Shown here one piece after another: positions 53,766-64,000 of a stretch of 64,000 nucleotides of DNA. Every line of letters begins with the position of its first letter. The stretch's first letter is position 1. Below the pieces are notes generated by a model. That model did no database searches. It saw only the letters and a list, made by a program, of their open reading frames with translations, and was not told the origin of the DNA. The stretch is from Kudoa neothunni (lineage: Eukaryota > Animalia > Cnidaria): the NCBI GenBank assembly GCA_964304625.1, contig OZ199838.1:13351945-13415944 (forward strand). The letters are read 5' to 3'. The position numbers were made by a program, and so were the translations under genes.

Positions 53766-55101
53766 TGTTCGACAAATTCCTTACTCACAACATAAAGCTC
53801 ATATATAATTGAAACGTGTTGATTTAACTGTCTCTTTTGTTCATTATAATAGTTCTGTGACACTAATGATAATTTTTGGAGTTTATTTTAAAATGGAGGG
53901 TTTTGAAATATAGTCTCTGTATTGTTTATTGAAGATTGCTGGTCATTGTTGATTTTTGGTGTGGTTTTTTTCATCTAAAATATTGTGAACCATTTATATA
54001 TTTATTTTTGGATAATTTTACTATAATGGCCGAACGATCTCTAAATCTTTCCGGTTCATCTTCATTCTCATTGGATGACAATGGGTCTTTGTAGTACTAT
54101 AGAAATTTACAGTTGATGCATTCATGTTGATTTTATTACGTTTTCACATGTAAAATCAAAGATGGAATCTTGTGAATATTCAATTTCTTGAATTCCAATT
54201 CTTGGTCGTTGTAAGAATTTAGTGTTGGGGTATAATTTATGTAACAGCTTATTATTATCCTAATGTGAAATAAATACATTAGGAAAATTCGAGAAAATTG
54301 TCTTAAATGCTATTATCGTTTCATTAATTTATCTAATATATTTATCCTAGAATATATTTCTGTTATATTTAATTGAATACATAAGTAATCGATTGATAGC
54401 ATCATCCTATCTCCTATGTAGTGGTTTTAGCTATCTTCTGCAACGTTATTTCTATGATAAAATGTGCGTCAAAATTAAATTTATTTTAGTTGTTTATATC
54501 CACTTAGATAAAATATACCATCTATTTGTTGAGAATCGTTAGAACTTTAAGTTTCGATACAATTGTATTAAAAATTATTTTGTAGACATAAATAAACATT
54601 GTTTAAAATATTCCTGCGGGTTTTCCTTGCTTTTCAATTTTCACGAATGTATTATTTTTTAGTTTTAAACGATACATTATACTTTTTCATAATGAAATTT
54701 CACAAATAATTGTAAAACATAATTGAATACACCATGTAACATCATCGAAATTAAAAAAATATAAATTATTAAATTCAGAGTAACTCCAACAAAAGAAACC
54801 CTATAAAATTAGCTTTTCTTCGAATATTACTTAAAAAGAGACTTAAGGCGAAGCTATAACTATTTTACATTTAATAATTGCGCAATAAAGTCGAACCCCG
54901 TTTATCCGAAAATGTTGGGACCTGGCATTTTCTTTTCGGATACTGAAATTTAGGTTAAACGAAGATTTTGTGTGCGCATGCGCGACAGGAATAATTGTAA
55001 GTCGGCTACATATTTAATTTTTCATTATTCAATATTCGTTTTATATTTTCAAAGACATTTATTGTAACATGAGGTCCGAACCTGGGTTCTTTGCATTAAA
55101 A

Positions 55102-56832
55102 GGCGGTGGTGCCATACCGCACTGCTCTCGATCGCGCATCTATGGGTTGGTGGATTACAACCCTTATATAATTCACATGTTACATTTATTACTATATATA
55201 CACGTTATATTAGCGAATAGAATGTGAAAACCATAAGGCGAACTTCCGCCGGAATTTGTGGGATGCGCATGCTTAATATTGCTTAAGGAAAACACAGTTA
55301 AATCAAATATATATAGCTATTAAATTTAGTGAAAACTATGATATTTTTTTTAGTTAAAATCTATTTTACCGTCCAATTATAAGTCCTGGCGATCGCCTCC
55401 AATTATAATATGTCGTAGTATTTATCGTAGTTTAGACATATTTGTTTCAATTTTTCGTACTTCTCGCTTATTTTCTTGCCATAAGGTTCCATATTTGGGT
55501 TGCATATTTGAAAACAAACATCTTGCTACACATTGCTTTGGTGCTCTTTTAATTTTTGAATAAAGGTGTGTATCCCAGAATGAGATTGTTCGAATCGACT
55601 GTAAAAATGCTTGTTGAAAATTTCAGCGGAATTTGATATTTTGCAATATTCCGTCGAAAGCATTCCACGATTGTATTGGAAATTTAGGGTTCACGATATA
55701 TGTGGTTTCAAAGTATTCCATAAACGGATCTATGTTGATAACTTTTCAAATTCTTTTTGCACACAATAAGGTGGAAAAAAAGCGAGCGATGTTATACATT
55801 TTACGAATAATTTAAAATTATCGTCAAAGTCATACCCATTGGAGCAACCAAATTTTTGCAGTTTTCTACATAGACATTGACCTGGGTGAAATAAACAGAA
55901 ATGCACAGAATATTTTGATTCTTTCTTAAAAGAATTATATGCTGCCATATTAAAATCTATTTCGACATTTTCTGGAAGTTCTAAATTTCCTTCTTCCTTG
56001 AGAGTTTGAAGTACTTTTTCATAACTTGTTTGTGATTTATTGGACATTAGTACATAAACAAGAGGGAAAACTCTATTAAAAACTGAATCGTGGATAGTGT
56101 AAAGTTGGAAAAATTCCTTAGGAACCACGCTAAATGTACCGCCGGCGATCCAATAATTAGAATTCTGTAGGTGTATAATATTTCTCTCTGTTGTGAAAAT
56201 TATGATTCTATTCCTGTCATCAGATCCCGAGTCATGTAAACAGAATGATTCATTTATCAAGGTTTTTAAATCAGTATAAACATCATTCATCCGAATAGTT
56301 TCAATATTCTTCCTTTTCTAATACTTTGGATTCGTTTATATACTGTTTTTTTAGAAATATTTGGAATATTATTGATATTTTCATTACTGGATGCTAAGCT
56401 ATAAACTTTAGAGGTAGGGTACACAGTGTTTTCCGATATTTCCTTAATTCTGGCCCCCATCAATTTTCGATTTTTTTCTTCATCGTTGACAACGTGATTA
56501 TGAAACTTTAAGTCTTCAATCTGCTCTATGTTGTCTGCAGGGGATGTTCTTAATCTTCCCTGACACATTCCAACTTGACACCTCCAATATCTATTCTTAC
56601 TATTTTTGTAATAATTTACATAAAAATAATCATTAAAATATATAAAGTCCTTATCCCTTTTAGTTTAAAGAATTGTATAAGTATACGCCCCGTTACTGTC
56701 CATTTTTACACATGCACGCGCATTACACATTCCGGCGAAACATCACCATACCCTTTAAGGTACAATACTTCTAGATCCAGTGAAGTCGGTGCACGCATAC
56801 TACCGACATAGTTACCATAGCACCACTGCGCC
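55102..56832 (-). mobile_element. MULE (FLYWCH + MULE domain) element with disrupted transposase at about 55400-56580
   Basis: CQGRL...HNH; WIAGGTF (catalytic D replaced) SVVPKEFFQLYTIH, FPLVYVLM, DFNMAAYN, CLFH. Degenerate TIRs (cgccggaat at about 55246 and about 56730). Confidence 0.8.
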
Positions 56833-57146
56833 ATACAGTATTTCACGGTCAAGATGCAAACTGTCTGCGCATGTAGCACTTATGCGCAATCAAGATGCAA
56901 TCATGTTAAATAAAGGTGAAGAAAATTATAACATTGAATTAAATTAAAAAAAATTATTAAATAATACGATTGTTTATTTATTTTTTTCGCGCACAAGTTG
57001 AAATGCAAGATTACGACTTGTGTTGAATATAACGTTGACAATCGATTTCAGACAGCAAAAAGTATTTATTAATTATGGATAATGTGACTTTCCTTAAGAC
57101 TAACGATGTGAGGAGCATCCTGCAGAATAGCGGGCTCGGATTACTA

Positions 57147-57675
57147 CCTCGTTCCCTGGAATATAAGACCCTGTCTTATTTTAATTGTACACAATAAATA
57201 GCTATTAGGTTTTGTTTTCGAAGTATTTCTTAAATTTCTGACAAAATCAAAGGGATTGTGCTCTTATATAACTATCTAAAAAAGTAATGTAAATTGAATT
57301 TTTATAGCGAAAAGTTATCTTAATACAAACGTTATCGATGTCTATGAAATTATTTACAAGCCTAATGTACACCTATGGTATAAGAGAAAAATAATGAGAG
57401 ATTATTGTGAACGTAAACATAAAACAAACTATTAGAATTTTTGATATTATTGCAAAAATATATTTATGTCAAAATAATGTGTTTTATTTTTAAAGAAAAA
57501 TAATAACTTCCAATTTCGAACATAAATAACGTGATTATTCATTATTGTTATAATTAAAGCCGATGAATCAAGGTCCTGTCGAATATTCAATTTCAAGATA
57601 CTCTGAAACAAGGCCAGATCTTATCTAAAATTCCCGCTAAAAATATTGCTAGGCTTCATTTTCGAATAAACATGG
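57147..57675. mobile_element. Tc2/Tigger-like MITE inserted at a TA inside the Tc1 relic
   Basis: Interrupts the LL-LPxYS coding motif; TA flanks; degenerate CC..GTT...AATA TIRs. Confidence 0.65.
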
Positions 57676-58001
57676 TATAACTGCCATCTTATTCACACGT
57701 TTCTCAATCAAATTGAGGAAGTTTACAGCCAATTAAAACTTGAAGTAAAAATATAGGCAGCAAAAACCCAAGAAGATTTGTTGGAAATGTATTGATCTGA
57801 GCCAAAAAGTAATGTCTGAAGCTAATTGTCAACCCTATCTATATTCAGCATTCAAAATCTTACATTTTAGTTTGATTGCGAAAAAAATAAATAAAAAATT
57901 ATATTATTCAATATTTTTTTTAAATTTTATAGTTTTCTTCACCTTTACTTAACATGATTGCATTTTGATTGAACATGTTCGCATCTTGATCGCGAAATGC
58001 T

Positions 58002-58518
58002 AAGGACAATATGGCATAGTGGTGTTAGGTCGAGATCGCATACCATGAAGTTACGAGTTCGAAGTCTAGTCCGGACGTTCCTGTACTCCTAATCCGAAAT
58101 CAAATAAAAGACTGCAGTAATCGCAGGGATCTACGGTTTATCATGGCCTTGCTTACAGCTGGGAAGGGAGTCTGGCGGAAGGGTAGAACTCGGACGCTCA
58201 TAAATTCATTAACGCCCGGTTACGGGAACGAAATACAACCCAGCAAGGGAGTAGTTTCCATAAGGCCGACGCCCGCATTCAGACGACCTTCCCAGACTAA
58301 TTCTGGGTTATTCCAGAGTATGGTTGGGTGGTGGTTGCTCCGAAACGAGGATGTTTAGCGGGTTATAATCCCACATTACCGCATAAATGTAAGTCTTCTG
58401 AATATGACGCTGTAGTGCCTAAAACGTAAATGAATGGAGAAGGCCTAACCAGCCCGAACTTCACAACCTAACAAATTGCATTAACCAGGGGTTTGGCTCT
58501 GTAAACAAAAAAAAATTT
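58002..58518 (+). mobile_element. tRNA-headed SINE-like retroposon
   Basis: A box TGGCATAGTGG (58012-58022), B-box-like GTTCGAAGTC (58057-58066), acceptor-stem relic GGAC/GTCC, A9 tail, TSD gaaatgct/gaaatact, locally high GC. Confidence 0.75.
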
Positions 58519-59578
58519 GAAATACTGTATTAGAAGGATACATTCTAAATTATAAAAAATGGACTATCATTATTATTAATTTTGTATAGTTTATTCCCTA
58601 TTTGGATATTGTGAGTTGTACTAATAATGATGTTAAGAATAATTAAATTAACAATAAGGAGAATTTTCTCCGAGTTCTCCATAACGATATTTAGAATTTC
58701 TTTTTTAATTAAGATATGTCTTATTCCAACAATTTGATATTGATTAATGATTGTTACGACTCAATAAGTCCTAAAAGTGGTGATGTTATGGGAAAAACAG
58801 ATGTGTGAACATTGTTGAATTGTGTCAACTCCGTGGGTATATTGGTCATATGAAGTTACTGCTAATTTTTGATTAAACAATCCTATAAATTCCATTTTTT
58901 ATATTATATTACTCATGGAAATATATAAGGGAATTTGTGTTTACTCAACATTTATCTTCTCATTACCAACATGGTTGCATTTTGAACATAAAACACGAAT
59001 TATCCATGTTACGTTGTTTCTATTAATCAAACATAAACTTAAATTGGATAAATAACGATCATATGTACCATCAAAATAAATGTAGATGCCATTTTAATCG
59101 GGCACAAATCCAGATTTCAAGGCGCTTTTATCCGATAATTCCAGCAAAAAGTTGTTTCGGATTGCGGTTGTTGAAGTTTCGTTGAAACGAATATTTTTTT
59201 ATTTAGAGTCAACGTCATTTTCAAATAAATTTTAAAAAATCGTTCGGATAGCGCAATTTTCGGATAAATGGGGTTCGACTATACTACTAGATTATTAAAC
59301 CGTATTTTAGTCAGTAACTTAAAAAAACGGGTTCCAAGACCAAGAAAATTTCTCCATATGTAGCATTATTTCATTCTAACGTTGGCGGATCGATAGAATC
59401 ATCCTGAAACTTGGCTTACCCTCAAGATACGATTTATGAATTAATGGGGAAAATAATTACGCCTTATAGGGAGTATAAAATAATCTAATGTATTATCAGC
59501 CGTTTTGAGTATATAACTTTAAATTAAATATACTAGATTTAGGTTAAACTTTCTAAATATAATAAACATAAAATGGTT

Positions 59579-62548
59579 ACCATTTGGACGTATTTTTCTT
59601 TTACATTGTGCAGATGATTTTTGTATCTTGCATCACCCTTTAAAAATGTCTAACTTCACCGAAACATCAAGTCACTTACTTTGTCGACCCTAGAATAGAT
59701 GAAATTAATCTTGCTATAAAATAAATATGATCGGCACTGTACATTTCAGAGTCAAGATGATAATTGTTACCAGTTGCAGATTGTAGGTTTCTAGATCCTT
59801 CTGAAAATATTATATTGATAATATTCTTAGAATATTAGAAGTACCTTCGTCCTCAAAAACTAGGGCTTGAACACCAATCTAATATTTGATTACGATTCCA
59901 TGCAGATTTCATTAAATTTAATAAATAATTATTGAATGAGACCGGTTTTAATTTATGATTTGTCAAGTAGAGCTAATTTAATTACATCTTCAGCTCCAGA
60001 TGAGCTATTGTTGATGGCTGATTGGAGACTCTCCTTGAGTCTAAACATACGTACGCCTTTTTTTCTGAGGTTTCTATGGACGAGATGATTAGAGAATTGT
60101 CAATAGAATATTGCTCTAAACGCTACATTGTATTTTTGGAGCATAGATAAGCTTGATTTGTATTTATTCGATCATCGTTGGCTGTGTAATATCTAGTCAG
60201 TTGTTATTTGTCAAACAGAGATAGATCAGGATTGCCTAGGTCTTGTATCTCTAGACTGATCGTCCATAGAGACCTTCATATTTGAATCATAGGTGTAATT
60301 TCGTTGTTTAGATTCTCTATCGTTAGGGTTATTATTCATTTCAATAATAGGAATATTGATAATAGGCGAGACAACTGAAGAAAATAATCAAAATGAATTT
60401 CTTAATCTGAGCCGACAATCTTTAAATTTTTTAGTAGAATCCGATTTTTACTCGAGTCAACAGTAATACGAACGCATATTTGCTAAACACTATCATTATC
60501 TATTTGGTCCGTCCGTCCGTCCGCCCGTTCGTTCATTTAATGGTTAATTCCCAATATCATCAAAAGAAAATTTTACAAAATCTACACAAACATCGTGCTA
60601 AGCGGCTAATAATAAAAATGTTGCGCTAAAGAGGTTTTATTTTGGCAGGGGTTTGTCGGATTTATCAACCAAAGGGCTAGATTTCCAAATTCCTCCTCTA
60701 TCGTAACCATTGTCACTACCTCGAGTATCAACGCGATCGACGTGACGAGATTCGGATTCAGATGGCTCCTAAAACATTTGGATGTAGAAACAAACTAACC
60801 ATTTATCAAAGCATACTATATTTACGAAAGTCCGACTTTTCTGATACAAACGAGATTGTTTTGTTGAATCCACTAAAGAGTAAACATTATTAAAACTGAT
60901 AACACACGTCAAAAACACAAGGGTATTACTTAAGTCATTATCTGTGGACTCGAGTCGTCTAGAATTTGACAGACTCTTCATTGACTTTTCTTTCATATAC
61001 TGTAATCTTTTATTCATTTTACAACCTAGGAATAATTTGATACGTTAGTCGAACATATCAGAAAAAAGCAGGTACGTTGATGAGCAGTTTCTAGACTTTT
61101 GGCTTCGGGATCGCTGTCTTCGGCGTCATCTGTGGTTTTATGCATTGCTATCGATAACTACACCTAAACACTACCTTTTCGAGGCTCCTTCGAATCTTCA
61201 CCATCTTTTAATTCCTAAAAAGCGTTAATAGTTATAATCAAAAGATAACATACATTAGGAGGAGTTTGTTGTAGTCCCTTGATAAATTCTGGATCAGCTG
61301 CGTCGATACTCTATAAAAAATTTAATTAAGAACAACTTACGACAACATTACAGTGAATTTTTTCTTAACATTTTTAAACGGTTCCTCCCGCACCTCACTT
61401 GTCCTAGCGGACAAAGAAGTTTTTTGAATTGGCGGCTACAAGTTACATCGGCCAATGTTTATAAATTAATAGATAAGAAATACGTTCACAAATGCGGCGC
61501 CTTGAGATTTTTTGATTTGAGGGGCAGATTGTGGCTATTAACTAAATGAAAATTCTGCTCGCAAGAAAAACAAACCGATTTGAATTTATTGGCAACTGAA
61601 GGAAATTGTTTAGTAGCATCCATACTTTCTCTTCCCCTTACCTTAAAAACGTGGGCATCAACACATAGATATATAATAAATAATTTAATTACGTCAATAT
61701 CTCTTTTCTCATTCATTGGCATAATATCCTTGATGAATTTAAACTACGAAACTAGCTTAAAAAATCATACAACACTGAATCTTCCAGTTGGTTTAGATTT
61801 GGGGGGAATTGGTGGTGGACCTTTTTCCTATGGCAGAATCACAGTTAGCAGCAAATTCGCATTAAATCTAAATTGAATACTTTGGATGGGGTCTTGGATA
61901 GAACCAAATTTCTAGGAGAAGCACTGGTGCTTTCTCTTGGTGTTATATAGGTGGATGTGCTGTTAGACGTGGTTGCCGTCGATAGTCTTGACGAAAGTTC
62001 ACTTCTATTACCAGTGGTTTCACTTGCCAATTTATTATAATGCTATTACGAAAATTGGTTAAAATATAAAAATTCCAGAAAGAAAGTTACAGTTGGTGTG
62101 AATTTTGCGAAAGACGATTCAGCGGTGTGAGCACCAGTACCAGTGACGTTGCCAGTTGCTGTTTTTGACGATGACGACTACATACACTAAATTTTTGTTT
62201 CTAATACTAAACATACAACGATGGTGGTCTGACATACACCAGCCACAGATGGTTTTGGTGTTGATGGCTGTACAAATATACAAAAAAGATGATTAACATA
62301 GATAGCATTACTTTAACTTTTTTATGACAAATTGGTTTGGATTCGGTAACTGCAGATGTAGTATCATTAGGTGAATCCACCAGTGAAACTTTGAACCCGA
62401 AATCTGTTTTGTTCATCTATAGAAAACATAAATTAGTTAAAGCCGGTATAAATATGAAATATGACAAGGATATTTTGATTACTTGTTGAATAAATTTTTT
62501 TGAGGGGGGTTTTTTGCCCCTTGGTCTAGGTCTTTGTTTTAAAGCGTC
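59579..62548 (-). CDS. Multi-exon Ser/Thr/Pro-rich protein with a CPI-like (capping-protein interaction) motif; boundaries uncertain, could be two genes (possible stop at 60637)
   Basis: Chain of short open exons bounded by AG/GT: DALKQRPRPRGKKPPSKKF, STATTSNSTST, EKGPPPIPPKSKP, IDAADPEF, KPQKKGVRMF. Confidence 0.45.
60508..60533. repeat. (GTCC)n-like microsatellite
   Basis: gtccgtccgtccgtccgcccgttcgttc. Confidence 0.7.
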
Positions 62549-63156
62549 CTAGTCCGAAAAACTTATAAACAATAGTTCAAAAAGGATAAAATAAATAATT
62601 CTGAGATGATACACGAACTCTCATACAACTCAGAATTATATTGCTTCAGGAAGCAACAACAATTGCAATAAATGAATAACAAATTCATATTTCACATTTC
62701 AAATTAGCTTAGGTAATAGCCGATTCTATTGTTAATTCGTCAAAATAGCCATACCATTATTCAACTGACTATTGACTGAGCTCTAACAGTATCAACCAAC
62801 CCACTGTAGATTTATCATAAAATCACTTCAGTACCAATAAGACATAAATAAACAACTAATTCAAACAACAGAACTATACAAAAAACCTTATAGATGTGGA
62901 GTATTCACACGACTATAAATCGTTCACTTAAATCTGCTTAGTACTAATTCCACTTAATAATTACACCTTTGCATACGATCAACATGGGGATGAATTCACA
63001 CGCAACTTGACCAGCAAACAAATAACACCAATATCATATCTAATTATCTAATATAAAAATCCCTATCTGTCCTTTGAGAAGATAGATCTAATTTTTGGTA
63101 TGTATTATGGAAACACATTTCAACAGGCAGTCGTTGCCACACAGAGACAGAGAATA

Positions 63157-63393
63157 TCACTGAGCATAGAACAACGAATGTAGGATAATTGCAGTAGCTG
63201 ATAATCCTAGATTTATACAGATTAACAATATAAAAGAGTTTATATCACCGATTCGAACAACAAAATAATATCACACGTATAAACAACCTACCAAGAGCTT
63301 TTATAAATTGAACAGGTAGATTTCCATACATAAACAATGGCAAGGTTGATCCAGCCAATATCCAATATTTATCTTTTTGCTCCTCCGCATCAA
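63157..63393 (-). CDS. PRA1/RABAC1-like membrane protein, last two exons only
   Basis: Spliced across intron 63207-63291: KYWILAGSTLPLFMYGNLPVQFIKALGLSATAIILHSLFYAQ*, resembling the PRA1 C-terminal transmembrane hairpin ending in HAAF. The 5' exons were not found. Confidence 0.45.
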
Positions 63394-64000
63394 CTAGATA
63401 CAACAGATAAAATAAAGATGGTTTCGATAGTAAATTGTGAAATTTAATCACATCGACACTATCGAAATACATCGTCGTCTTCAATAAAATTCCACATCAT
63501 AATTCATCCGTAATGGCAGAGACGTGTGTATTTAAATTTAGAACACAACAATGTTTATTACAAAGGTCAAAAGGACAGATTACTGAATCCTTATTTAGTT
63601 AATACGTTGCATATACAATTTGATTGCATAATTTATTTGGACATGACATTTTATTCCATTTTTTGGAAAAATTTTCAAATGAATAATTACTTAACAGATT
63701 TAATTAAGATTAATATTTATGGAGTTGTGAGTTTGTAATTCCTAATGACAGACATCACGTGATTTCAACAATATATTTTGTTATTTCTACAGCATATATT
63801 GGTCGATAACGTTTTTATTACAAACTATTTACTATTAGAATTAAAAAAAGAAAATACAAATAATGGCTATAAAAAATTAGGATAACTTTTGAAGTAAACC
63901 CTACGATTTCTAATCATTGTAAATATATATATTTTTATTAATTCGGATTTGAATTAAATGTGGTGAAACTTAAGTCAAATTAAAAAATACTATAAAAAGT

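Larger units (their letters stand above)
56836..58527. mobile_element. Deleted, diverged relative of the 41788 Tc1-like element
   Basis: TA|cagtatttcacggtcaagatgcaaa...gaaatactg|TA; + strand relic KKYLLIMDNVTF...FLNQIEEVYSQLK...MSEANCQ. Confidence 0.85.
54888..59281. mobile_element. pogo-type MITE split by nested insertions
   Basis: TA|aagtcgaaccccgtttatccgaaaat ... attttcggataaatggggttcgacta|TA; both ends resemble those of 15759-16401. Confidence 0.75.

Noticed and set aside
55070-55140. Minus-strand tRNA-Lys(UUU)-like string (cttttaa loop, ggttcgg)
   Set aside because: Anticodon and acceptor stems do not pair, and half of it overlaps the inferred MULE terminus.
58155-58300. Resemblance to RNase P RNA CR-I/CR-V (gggaag..gtctg / attcagac)
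   Set aside because: Spacing is only about 110 nt, other conserved regions are missing, and it sits in a TSD-flanked, A-tailed retroposon.
63292-63393. SH3-like reading (YW...GNLPVQFIK)
   Set aside because: No upstream ALYDY/DEL strand is in frame; the hydrophobic continuation fits PRA1 better.

Overview
AT-rich eukaryotic genomic DNA with compact, intron-dense genes (most introns about 40-70 nt) separated by transposon-rich tracts. The divergent but animal-like proteins, tiny introns and a universal stress protein fit a reduced parasitic invertebrate, possibly a myxozoan cnidarian; this is inference, not proof. Genes reconstructed by manual splicing: MOCS3/UBA4-like, mitochondrial PheRS (FARS2) head-to-head with TAPT1 (81 bp between start codons), a divergent importin-5-like karyopherin, SRPK, MCM8, MRPL15, two tandem NTHL1 paralogues, a USP gene, a low-complexity protein with a CPI-like motif and a PRA1-like 3' fragment. 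Mobile DNA includes pogo/Tigger, piggyBac, hAT and MULE-like MITEs and relics, and a tRNA-headed SINE-like element. The most unusual object is a 2156-bp DD34E Tc1/IS630-like element at 41788-43943. It has an intact two-intron transposase, and its inverted arms (664/685 bp) each contain the whole catalytic-domain ORF. An older, diverged relative at 56836-58527 also carries transposase 3' coding sequence in both arms, so this may be a family trait. Exon boundaries are manual estimates and no database searches were run.
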